From Chiloscyllium plagiosum (taxonomy: Eukaryota): a stretch of 38,037 bases of DNA. This document shows positions 21,475-33,084 of the stretch, piece by piece (position 1 is the first letter of the stretch; the number at the start of each line of letters is the position of its first letter). Where the stretch lies: assembly GCF_004010195.1 (NCBI RefSeq), contig NW_025215024.1, positions 21,034 through 59,070 on the forward strand, given 5' to 3'. Below the pieces are notes generated by a model, which ran no database searches, was not told where the DNA came from, and saw only the letters and a program-made list of their open reading frames with translations. A program made the translations under genes and the position numbers.

Positions 21475-22648
21475 TTTATCCCTGTGTCACAAGTTATTGC
21501 TGATAGTTGGACAATTCCCAAAAAAACTGTAATTGACTTTTTCCCCAAAATTGCTGTCACAGCCTAATTCACTGGTGTACAGTTTTAGTTAAACTCTGTC
21601 CCTTACCCGTTCCCTTTTGCTTGTATTCAGTCATGTCCTTATGCTGTTCTGATGCGTCACCTTTTCTCTTTGGATTTGGAAAACTCCTTTCACCTGAACC
21701 CTGTCACTGCATCCTCTGTGTCAGTTTAAAGCCCTGTCCATAAACCTACCAACATGATTGGCCAGGTCACTGCTCCTTACTTAAAGGGTATTAAGCAGTC
21801 AGATGGATATCCCTGCTACCGGCATTAAATTCTGGATGAAGAGTCGAGTGAGAGTAACACTAGGCCATTGCCTGGCCCACTGATAGCTCCCTCATCCCTG
21901 AGTACTGCTCCCAGTGCACCTTCTTCCTAACCGTGGTTTGATCCTGATACCTTCCTGCAATCTGGTGATATCACGCAGTCTCTCTCCATGTGATATCTGT
22001 CACCGTGAGGGTCTAATTGCTGCCGGTGACCATACCTTTTGCAGCTACTCCAGATCCTGAGGCAACAAAATTCTCCACTCCAGAGAGACGGGCTGCACAA
22101 GCCAGGGATGGAGACTGGAATATTCCAGATCTATGTGGTACTCAGTGCCATTCTCCATGTGTAATCCTGACTGCATCAGTCTAATTTCCCATTCTGTTCA
22201 TTTCTCTGTATCCTGTAGGTACTCAGGATGCTCCTGACTCAGCAGAACTTCCAATTCCTGTTTCCTTCATCACCACATTGAAGACGTCGGTCAGCCAGAG
22301 AGATGGAGTGAGAGATCTGGAGCCTTCAGTAAATCCTGCACTGAGGTAAGATCACTCACAGTGAACAGAGCAGAGTGTATTTAAGGGATCGAACTTTGGT
22401 CCAGAAGACATGACATCGATACGGTGTTGAAGAACAAACACAGAGCAAGATGGTCCCAGGCTCAATCCCCACCATCTTGTTAATTTTCATCTCTGCTGTA
22501 CTGAGCCTTCCTCTGACAATATCGGAAGTTGACAGTTATTAATCCAGGCCTGTGCTGTCTTAGTGAGGATCAGTTCAACAGAGGGGAAAGCAGGCCTCCC
22601 TCAAGGAGATGGTATTGAAATCTGGGATCTTTGTTCTATATTCCCTCT
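21475..22648 (+). repeat. Copy 2 of the segmental duplication
   Basis: Colinear with 2985-4512 but lacking the SINE at 3332-3701. Confidence 0.9.
22045..22345 (+). other. Two candidate coding exons (22045-~22137; 22219-22345), Ser/Thr/Pro-rich, gene unidentified
   Basis: CTAAT branch sites and tttgcag| / tcctgtag| acceptors; donor AG|GTAAGA at 22345/22346; open phase-1 readings TPDPEATKFSTPERRAAQARDGDWNIPDLC and TQDAPDSAELPIPVSFITTLKTSVSQRDGVRDLEPSVNPAL. Confidence 0.45.
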
Positions 22649-22749
22649 CTCACACTGTCTCTTGTCGTGTGATGCAGTTATACAGCATGGAAGCATGCCT
22701 TTTGGTCCAAATTGTTGTCTTGAATGCTTGTTATTCCCAGAAATATTAA

Positions 22750-24890
22750 TATTTCTGTAACCTCCACCCCTCCCATATTCCTGCTGTATATTTGTAACCT
22801 ACTCCAATGCTGACGACTCTCCCTATGTGTAAATTGCTCCAGTGTCGATAACAAGCCCAATCTCACTATTCTCAGTACAATAATCCCGATTTCTGTAATC
22901 TTGCACAATACTTACATTGCCCCCGTCACTGTAAAATCCTCCAGCCTGGACCAAAGTACCCACCTGTGTACCTTCCTTAATCCCCAAGAAAACATGATAT
23001 CACTGTAACCTTCTGCAGGTCCTAAAACACTCCTGGCCTATAGCACCACACGACCCCAGTAACCTTCTCCCATCCCTAACGACCTCCTTATCTGTATTAA
23101 CACCTCTAGACCCTTTTCAAGCCGCAACAGCATTCCACATCTCTGTTCGCTCCTCCACTCCCGATAGCCCTCCCAGCACCTCAAACAATATCTCTTCACG
23201 TAATTCTGCAATTTGGGGGAGCACAGTGGCTCAATGGTGAGCAATGGTGCCTCACAGCGCCAGAGAACCCAGGTTCGATTCCAGCCTCGGGCGACTGTCT
23301 GTGTGGAGTTTGCACATTCTCCCTATGTCTGTGTGGGTTTCCTCCAGGTGCTCTGGTTTCCTCCCACAGTCCAAAGATGTGCAGATCAGATGGATTGGTC
23401 ATTATAAATTGCCCGTAGTGTTAGATACATTGTCAGCGAGAAGTGGGTCTGGGTGGGTTACTCTTTGGAGGGTCTGTGTGGCCTTGTTGGGCCGAAGTAC
23501 CTGTTCCCATGCTGTAAGGAATCTAATCTAAACTCTCCCTCTGCGTTCCATTTTACTGTCCCTAAATATATCCCTCTATCCATAAAGAGCCCCAAACCTT
23601 TCAAACCTCCAAGTCTCTGTGAACTCCCACAGCTCCAACATCCCTCCTTAACTCTCTAATCTTTTCCAGTCCTGAAACTCTCTGAAAATGTGGACATCCT
23701 ACAATCCTCCCTATCTGCGTAATCCTCTCAGGTCCCTGCAACACCCCCAATCTGTGGAACCAACTCCAATGTTTGTGACTCTCCCGATCAGTTTCTACAA
23801 GACTTACTATCTATGTAACATTCTGCTGTCGCTATCACCAGCCCTGTCAATGTAAGCTCCTCTAGTCTCTCCATCAATCTAATCATCGCCATAACCTTCT
23901 CCAGCTCTTACACCCCTATCTGTGTAAACGTTACACTCCCCTACTACCATCCCTAAAGCAGTGAGTGCAATGCTCCCTATCTGTGTTAGTGTCTCCAGGC
24001 TCTATTGCTGTTCCTGTCTCTGTAAGCTCTGACAGATTGTCCAGCTTTCCGGTCCATATAATTTCCAGAACCTCAGCATCTGACATCAGCAAATGTTTTC
24101 ATTAACTACAGCCTTCCATATCTCTGTTCGTAGCATGTTTAACACCTGTAGCAGCCTCCAACTCCTCAATATCTCCTGTTGCTGTAACCTCGTCAAATAC
24201 TACAGTCTTTGTAATATCTTCCAGTAACTGCAACCCTGTCGATTTCTGTCACCTCCTCCAGAACAGCACTCCACATCTCTATGTAACTGATGGGAATGCT
24301 GCAAACCTGCCTTCACAGTCCTCTCTAGCTCTCTGAACTACTGTAGCCCGAGAACCCTCAGCATCTCTGGCTCCTCCAATCCCTACACTTCTCTCTGGCT
24401 GTGTGAACTCCTTCAACCCTCCCTATCTCACTCCTGCAGCTCCAACTATTGTCCATGTCAGTTTAATTCCCAGCACCAACAATCCTCCTAGTCTCTATAA
24501 ACTCCTGCAGCTCCAACTACCACCTAAATCTGTGTAATCTCCAGTCCATCCAATCCTCCCAGTCTCTATAAACTACTGTAGCTCCAACTATCACCAATAT
24601 CTCTGTAATCCCCAGACCTGACAACCCCTTGTATCTCCTGTAGCTCCAATGACCACCCCATCTGTGTAATCTCTAGTCCCTATATTCCTCCTGATCTCTG
24701 TAAATCCTTCAGAACTGATAACCCTGTAACTCTCCTTGACATCTTTCAGCCCGCCAACCATCTGATCTCTCACCACCAACAGTGATGTCAAACCACCCGA
24801 ACTCTGTAACATCCTCCAGTCTCTCCAACCCAGCTTTTCTTTGTTAGCTTCTCTGGTGTCTGTATTCCCCTTTATCTCCAGTTACAGATC
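22750..24890. repeat. Degenerate G-poor tandem array (ctctgtaa..ctccag..caac motifs), interrupted by a SINE
   Basis: Recurrent tctgtaac/ctccag motifs; clear 71-bp period at 24481/24552; related patches at 4560-4715 and 26560-27130. Confidence 0.65.
23215..23531 (+). mobile_element. V-SINE (HE1-like), older copy
   Basis: A box TGGCTCAATGG, B box GGTTCGATTCC, V-domain, (aatct)n tail. Confidence 0.9.
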
Positions 24891-24989
24891 CTTACTCAGG
24901 AGAAAATGTCTCAGTACCAAATCTGTAAGAACACAAGAATCTTTGGTGTATCAATAAATTTGCGTCATTTTCTAAATTTTAACGACTGC

Positions 24990-26090
24990 AAGTTCAACCT
25001 TCTCCATCTCTTCTGATCAATATCCCTCCATTTTGAAGCCCAGCCTGGTGAACCTTCTCTGGGCTGCCCCCAATGCAAGGACATTTTCCCTCCAGATAGG
25101 GAACCAAACCTGATCACAGTATTCTCGGTGTGGGCTGATTGGAGTCCTCTATAATTGTTACAAGCCTTCCCTATTTTTATTCTCCATTCCCTTTGGAATC
25201 AATGCCAGCATTCCATTTACCTTCTCTATGTCCTGCTGGCTCTGTATGCCACCTTTCGGAGATTTATACACAAGGATTCCCATGTTACTCCGTGGTGTAG
25301 CTTTCTGCAGTTGATCTGAAACCAAGAGGTGACAGCAATAATCAGAAAAGTGTTGGAATGTATGTTAAACGATATGCCAGAAATGATAACTGGACAGTTA
25401 AAAACCTATGGAAAACGCGCAGTCCATTTATAGGAGTAGAATTAAGCCATTCGGTCCAACGGGTCTATTCCACTAATCCATTATGGCTGAATTGTTTCTC
25501 AACCCCATTCTCTCACTTACTCCCTGTAACCATTGATCTCCTTAGTCATCAAGATCCTGGCTATCTCTGAGTGAGATATGTTAAATCACTTAACACCCAC
25601 AGCCCCATGAGGTAGTGAGTTCAACAGATCCATCACCCTCTGACTGAATAAATTCCTCCACATCTCTATTCTAAAGGGTATTCCCTTCACTCTGAAGCTG
25701 TGCCCTTGGCCTGTAGTCTCTCCTGCTCGTGGAAACCTCTTGCCCCCGTCCACTCCATCCAGGCCTCTCAGTATTCTGTAAGTTTAAATGAGATTCTGCC
25801 GCCGCCTCTGAAACTTCGTTAAGTGCAGACCAGAGACTTCACCTGCTCCTCATATAACACGAATTTCAGCCCTGGGAACTTTCTTGGAAACCCATTTCTC
25901 GTACCGCTTCACATCCTTTGTCCAGACTCTGAATGAATAACGTGTAGAGTGTAGTCCCAACACTGACCCCTGCGGAGCTCCCCTCATCACCAGTTCCCAT
26001 CGTGAAAACTACCCCTTTCTTCACACTCTCTGTCTTGTGCCAATCAGACAAATCCTCTATCCATGTTCAGCATGTTGTTCTGAAACAGAA
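24990..26090 (-). mobile_element. CR1 LINE 3'-region fragments
   Basis: Complement of the RPHLEYC..FW-type segment at ~25100-25140; CR1 3' end at ~25428 (ataggagtagaattaagccattcgg). Confidence 0.7.
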
Positions 26091-26144
26091 ATTTCATTTC
26101 ACACACACTGCTGGGTTTATTTTTCTGTCTGGCTATAAACAGCA

Positions 26145-26515
26145 GAGTATCACCATTACCTTCCCATCTGTAATTCCCTGGAGAAGGTGATGGTGAGCTG
26201 GCTTCCTCACCCACTGCAGTCCTTTAGGTGTAGAGACAGACACAGTGCTGGGAGGATGGAGCGTGGCTTGAAGGACACCTTGGAAATGCTGGTGTTCCCA
26301 TGCAGCTGGATCTCCTGTCCTTCCGGGGTATAGTGGTTCCAGGTTTGGGAAGTGCTGTTGAAAGAGTTTTCCTGAGTGACTTCAATGCTACTTGTAGATC
26401 TTTTATTCCTTTATTCATTCACGACATGAACTTTGATGGCTGAGTCAGCAGTTCTTGTTGATTTTGTATTGTTCCTGAGAAGATGGTGAGCTGCCTTCCT
26501 GAGCCACTGCACCAG
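26145..26515 (-). mobile_element. Two short 3'-end fragments of a CR1/L2-type LINE
   Basis: gagaag(g)tg..ggtgagctg.cttcct..ccactgca occurs twice and matches 37140-37185. Confidence 0.6.
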
Positions 26516-27149
26516 CCTTTGGAAATTCCGATCACCTAAAATCTCTCCCTTTTTAAATTTGTCACCCCTTCAGCTTCTGTAACTCTCCATATAACTGTAA
26601 TCAATGACAGCACAGATTCCCTTCCTAAATCTCTGTAATTACAATGGTAGCATGTGCTAAATTGGCACGTTGAATCTCATGACTTCCAGCCCCTACAATC
26701 CCACTATTTGGAATGCTTCCATTCTCTGCATCTCTTCATGTCCTGAGGGACCTTGAACACCACTAGTGCTTGAAAGTTTATATTCCGCCCAGTTACTGCG
26801 AGTCTTCTAACTCTGTAACATCCAAAAGTCTCCAGTACCATACAATACTTGCTGGCTCTCAATTTGCATTTGTTGAAGTCTGCACATCTCTGTAAGCAGC
26901 TCAGAAAAAGCCCTTTAGACTCTACAAAGCTCCATCATGAACAAGCCACAATCTTTCTATTTCCTTTGCCTGCTTCTGTGTCTTCAACTCTCACTCTATC
27001 TTCCAGTAAACGTCTTTAGTTGCTGCAGGTCTCCCTCGCACCCCAGATAACCTGTTCCATCCCATAAAGCTCACTCAATCACTGTAACACCCTCTGCTCT
27101 GTGTAATCCTCCTTTTTTCCACTGTCTTCCAGGCACGACAGCGATCCTA

Positions 27150-29670
27150 TAAGAGAGCAGTGCGGAAAGGGCTGTTATAAATCTCAGCTGAGGCTTGAGG
27201 CCTACCAATTACCTGGGAGTTACAAGGGGAGAGACCCTGAGAGAGAGGAGTAGAATATTAATCAGCAGCGAGGATCGAGGCCAACTGGGACCTGGAGTTG
27301 GAGAAACAGCAGAATAGGAGGCTCGAAATCAACAGTGACTCACAGAGGGAGTGACCATGTCAGGGAGCAACATGGAGCCGGAGCTTGAGGCTCATTCACA
27401 TCTAGGAGGTGAATGCACCAACATGGGACGATATAAATCAGCATTGAGGATCGAGGCCTAGTCATGCCTGGGATTCACAGAGACGGTGACCCTATGAGGG
27501 AGCAGAGTGGAGTGGAAGCTGGAGGATTACACGTATCTGCGAATCACAGAGAAAACCTGCTGCTGCTGGGACCTGCCTCCACCGGGTTTGAATGAAGTGC
27601 AAGAGCCATCGCAGAAAAGGCTGTATGTTCATTGGCTGATAAAATACACCGTTATTAGTGACTGTCAGTTAATTGCTGTAAGTCAGCAAATTTATTTTTT
27701 TACTTCTGAAGTAAAGATTGATCTCAGAAATATGAGGGGGATGTGAAATTCTAAGCCAGTATAATAAATTACGCTCAGTAAGCCACAGTGGAATAAGGTA
27801 CTTAACCATATTATGATGTCCCTGATGGTCACTTAATTCTAAGTAATTAAGTAAGTTACTCTCGACATGTTGCATTTTAAGACATGGCAAGGCATGTTTG
27901 TCAAATGGAAAATGTGTTCTGTTACGTTGGGAAGTCCGAGCGCCTGCTCGTGTCCTCGATGAACACTGGGTCGTAGAGCTCAGACAGTGACTAGAGACTC
28001 TGTCATGCTGAGAGTTATGGGGATAGTACACACACAGAACAGACCACCCTGCAGACATGACAGCCTGAAATAAGTAAGGGATGGGGTCTAGGCAATCGAA
28101 GAGAAACAGCCAGGGAATCCAGGTATAGCCTGACGTCTCCCTCCCAATTCAGTTTCCAAATTTCGGAAGCTGATGAAGGTGCAGTCAGAGCCATGTCTGT
28201 GGCCCCACAAGCAGCCTGACTGTACAGGAGAGGAGGGAGAAGGAAGGTGGAGCAATAGTCACAGAGGAGCCAGGAAAGTGAAGAAAGTGTCAGCGTGTCT
28301 GTAATTCCAGGATAGTGGGGTGAAGAATGTTACTGTGTCTGCACGACAATCGTCTGGTGGCCAGTGAGCAGTCAAAGGTCATTACCACGTTGGTAGGGAT
28401 GGCATGGATAGGAAGAGTGAAGTGGTCTGGGAATCAGAATTTAGGGAGCTAAATGGATGGTTAGCAAATGGGAACTCAAATGTATCAATCCCTGGAATAC
28501 TCCCAGGGCCGTGTACAAGTGAGAACAGGACCCGGAGTTTTAGGTAGATGAGAGTGTGACTGGAACGATGGTGCAGCAGGAAGGGCTTCAGATTCCTGGG
28601 TCATTGGGACTGATTCTGGGGAAGGCAGCAACTGTACAAACTGGATGGACTAACGTGTCAGAGCTGGGACTGAATTCCTTCTGGGGTGTGTGGGTGGAAT
28701 TGAAAATAACTTGGCGTGTGTATGGGATCCAAAAAGGAATAGTGGAGGAGACTACCAGGATTCTCAAAATAATGGGAGATACAGTTGGGACTAATTTACA
28801 ACAACAAGTTTATCAGTGGAAGGTGGAGTGAGAAAGAAATCCTTAATTTGAGGTATTCTGCATGGACTTGAATACTCGGAGTGTGGGGAGTTCCAGATGC
28901 AGATTGCTGTGTGGAATCTGATGTACTGATCACCGAGAGCTGGATCAAGGAATAGCAGGACTGGGTGTTAAATATTGCTAGGGATAAAGGATTCCAAAAT
29001 GATAGAAGGGAAGGGAAAGGATGAAGGTAGAAGTACTGGTTGAGATTAGCGTTAGTTAAGGAATCCAAGAGAAAGAGGATCCATCCAAGGACAGAATTAA
29101 TTTGGCTGGAGCTACAGAACAATAAGTGTACAATTAAACTGTGAGGTACAGTCTATCAGACAGCAACCATTGGGAAGGATGGAGAGAATAAATATGCACG
29201 GGCATTTGAGAGCGATGATAATACTACAGATTAGTTATACTGAGAAACTTAATTTATCCAAATATTGACTGGGTTATTGGTGGTGCAGGGTCATGAGGGG
29301 CCAGTATCCCTGAATTATATGGAGGAGAGTACACTTCAGGAGTATGTGTCCAGACCAAGAGAGCATGTACTGTTGGACCTGGTCCTTGTGAAAGAGATGG
29401 GGCAAGTGGATCCAGTGTCAGAAGGGGAACGTTTTGGGGTGCAGCGATCTTTTTTTTTGTAAAGTTTAGAATGATGGTAGAGAATGATGTGCAATAATTG
29501 AGAGTGAGAAACATTAGTTGACTGAGAGCAGCCTTCAATAAGGCAAGAATGAAGCTGGGAACTTGTCAACAAGGCCAGTGAAATTGTAGCTTTAAATAGC
29601 GAGAACAGATGGAGCTGGGATTGTGGAGATGTGGCTGCAGTGTGACCACGACTGAGAACTGGATAATCAA
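27150..29670 (+). mobile_element. Degenerate 5' half of a CR1 LINE (5' repeats, ORF1 esterase, ORF2 endonuclease)
   Basis: Repeated tataaatc..gaggatcgaggcc units at 27175-27500; RWCSRKGFRFLGHWD.FWGR.QLYKLDG relic at ~28560-28650; ITESW and LLDLVL endonuclease relics. Confidence 0.65.
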
Positions 29671-29674
29671 AGGT

Positions 29675-29991
29675 TTAGATTAGATTAGATTACTTACAGT
29701 GTGGAAACAGGCCCTTCGGCCCAACAAGTCCACACCGACCCGCCGAAGCGCAACCCACCCATACCCCTACATTTACCCCTTACCTAACACTACGGGCAAT
29801 TTAGCATGGCCAATTCACCTGACCTGCACATCTTTGGACTGTGGGAGGAAACCGGAGCACCTGGAGGAAACCCACGCAGACACGGGGAGAACGTGCAAAC
29901 TCTACACAGTCAGTCACCTGAGGCGGGAAATGAACCCGGGTCTCTGGCATTGTGAGGTAGCAGTGCTAACCACTGTGCCACCGTGCTGCCC
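29675..29991 (-). mobile_element. V-SINE (HE1-like), young full-length copy
   Basis: Near reverse complement of 2174-2486 with (ttaga)n tail. Confidence 0.93.
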
Positions 29992-30169
29992 ACCATTTCG
30001 CCATTTCTACAGGAAGGATAAATAGGCCAACACAGTGAAGTAGTATTGTGTATAAAGGATGGGATCAGTATTATTGTGATGCTAATTAATTCACACACTG
30101 CTCCTCCCTGTCCTCATTCCTCATCACTGCGTATTGATCCTACCAGATATTGGTGACCTTTGAAAACTT

Positions 30170-31270
30170 CAGAAAATAGCACAGTATAGAGGAGATGACT
30201 CTGTCCACTGTCTGCATTGGACAAGATGTAACGTTTGTTAAAGCCCTAGTTCTGTCTCCCCAGACAGTGTAGGACTTCAGGTGCAAATCACGGCACCTTT
30301 TTAAAATAGTTTGAGAATTTCTGCATCTACTCCACTTCCATGTGTGACTCCCAGGCCCCTCCCATACTCTGGGTGAAATAACAACTTTCCTCACCACGTC
30401 TCTAATATTTCATCCAATTACATTAATGATTCACTGCTGGTAATTGAGCTCTCTAACAGCAACAAGATGTTGTCTCCATTTCTACCCATGTCCCTGACAA
30501 TATGTGCACCCCAATCAAATCTCCTCTCAGCATCCTCCGTTCCTATCTTTCCTCAATACTGCACTTCCCCGTTCACAGGGTGGAGAATCTCCTCTGTACC
30601 CTCTCCAGTCCAATTCCATCCTTCCATGTGATGGAGTGACCAGAACTGTACACAGTCCCCAAGCTGTGACTGAACTCATTACTTATGCAGTTCCTGCAAG
30701 CTTCCTGCTCTGAAGTTCAATATTTTGTCTGATAGAGGAAATAATGTAATTTGCTACATTAACGAGATTATTGATGTTTCAGCTACCTTCGATTATCTGC
30801 CCACACTGACCATATTCTCATTTTATTGTACATTCCTCTCTATTGTCGATGTCCCCAAATGCCTTGCCTTGCACTTCTCTGGGTTGTTCGCTCCATTCAC
30901 CTGGACCCCATACTTTCTGTTTTTAAACAGTCTGCCATGGGTTCTCTTGTTAAATCCAAGTAAGTCCAAGTACAGGTTAGTGCCGCAAACCGACACAGTC
31001 AGATTAATTACACACGATCTTCCTTGAACAAATCCAGACTGACTGTCCTGGCGTCCCTGGTACTTCTTCAGTGACCATTTATCTACTGTCTCAGAATTCC
31101 AGCCTCGGGATATTTTCAGTCAGTCCCTTGCTCCACATTAAACAAAGCTGCGGTGTTAGCCGTTCTCCAGTCCTCCGGCACCATCCCTGTATCCAGTGAG
31201 GATTGGATAATGTGGGTAACTATAAGGAAGCAAATTTTCCCCGGCTTCTTTTAACAGTCTAGAACATTGT
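30170..31270 (-). mobile_element. Old CR1 LINE ORF2 fragments
   Basis: Reverse strand of 31150-31205 reads SLDTGMVPEDWRTAN; further 3'-region relics at 30200-30720. Confidence 0.65.
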
Positions 31271-31659
31271 GTTACCAACATTTTAAGGATTTGAATTTCC
31301 TGTAAAATTCTCCGCTCCAAGTTTGTCGCTCCCAATATTTAATACTGCATCCCTATTTTGATTCAGACAGACAGAGGCCTGAACCATCTTCTGATTTGGT
31401 CAAGTCTCATTTTAGTCCAGTTTCATGGAGAGTTTCTCTCCACAAGGTGAAGTGCATTTTCTCATGATACAATCCGCAATCTGCCTCATTAACTACCCTC
31501 CCTGCCCGTGTGGTTATCTTCTCAACTGACACTAACACGATAATTTTCCCCTTCGTCATAACAACTGCCCACTGCCTGGATATCCCAGAATGCACCAGTC
31601 TCCCTGTTCTAGGTGCCATTAGTACAATCTTAGATTGGCAAGCCAAAACTGGCCTGGAC

Positions 31660-32265
31660 ATGGCAAACGCGGTAAACCTGGGGCCCCACTTTGTGGCCAA
31701 GCCCCTGAGGTTCTGGTTGATTGCATGGTGCAGGAGAGGGACATTATCTTCCTCCAGGACTGGCAGGGGAGGCCACAACACAGCCTGCTTGGTCCAAAGT
31801 TGACCCCTGGGTCAGTAAGGTGCCAGCCTTCTGGTTGAATGCCCAGAAGTGTAGGAAGGAGATCATTGACCTTCCCCCCTCCACCAGGGTAAGTGCAACA
31901 ATCTGCCCTTCGTGCCCTCTCCCTCACTGTCTCTCTGTTACTGCACCCACCTCCCACCAAGGTGCATGTTCTCCCACTCTCCCTAAATGCAGACCTTCTC
32001 TCGGTCTCTCTCTAACCTGTTCTCTGTCCCTCTGCCCAACTCTGCCTGGTTGTCTGTGCTGCCCACTCACTCACTCAGGACACCTCCCCACCTTTCCCTC
32101 AGCTGTCCCAGCACTAACAGCTGTACCTACCTTTTCCATCTCCCTTAATACCTCTTGCTAATTTTCACATTCCAGATGGAACCATCCCACAATAGGAGAG
32201 AAAGAGCCAAGAGGATTAAGTGTCTCTCCAACATTCAGCTCCTCACCCCCTCACAGGGGATGTAT
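31660..32265 (+). pseudogene. Spliced Myb/SANT-like (NAIF1-type) ORF relic of a PIF/Harbinger transposon; exons 31660-31888 and 32176-~32265
   Basis: Across frameshifts: PHFV..EVLVD.MVQERDIIF..AWSKV..VS..NAQKCRKEIIDL..TR|GTAAGT; acceptor ttttcacattccag|, then SHNRRERAK..NIQLLTP. Confidence 0.7.
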
Positions 32266-32524
32266 CCTGACCCTAACAACCACAAAAGGCTGACTGACCG
32301 TGTCCAAGCTCCCGGACTGGGATCTGAGACCCCCCCTGACTCACTGTGCTGGGCACGGTGATTGACTGTGGACAATGATATCAAGCTTCCTGGTTTCTGT
32401 CAGTGCTAAACACCAAGACAATACAGCAGGCATGTGAGCCTGGTAGCTCTGGCTGAGGGGAAACGCTGCTGAGGGCAGGGTAAGGCAAGGCAATAATTCT
32501 TTGAGCATTCAAGTCAGCTCAAAG

Positions 32525-32692
32525 TGAATGTGTACGAACAAGAACTAAGCAACCCATGAGCTGGGGGTGTGTCCCTGAGCACAGTGTCCTTGCAGCAACA
32601 TTCAGTGTGTACAAACACTGAGTGAGCAGCCAAGAGGGACAGGCCATGAGCTGGGTGTGTGTCCCTGAGCACAGTGTCCTTGCAGCAGCATT
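32525..32692. repeat. Two-copy tandem duplication, period 90 bp
   Basis: ccatgagctggg.gtgtgtccctgagcacagtgtccttgcagca.catt at 32554 and 32644. Confidence 0.85.
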
Positions 32693-33084
32693 GCAATGAG
32701 AGTTGTCAGTGCACCATGAACTGCAGCATTGAAGTACATGTGTACTGTCAGTGGGTCGGAGATGTGCTGAGATGGCATGGTGAGGCTGGCATGTGTCAGA
32801 TGCCAACGTCGGGGATGTGGCATACATGCAGCTTCTGTTAGTGCAGTGTCCCCTGAGACGTTGGTGTCCAAGATAGAAGGTCGTAGGAGTGAGGGGCGAG
32901 ATGGAGTTACCAGTTAACAGCTCGGACTTTCACGTCAAATTCTCCGTAGTGAGTTTCCCGACAGTGGAAGGGAGGACATGAACCTGCAAGTTGATGAGGA
33001 GAGATCAACAATAATGTGGTTATTGATCATCAGTAATCATTCACTGAGCATCTCGCCACTGCTGCACACAAATCTTGACTTAAC

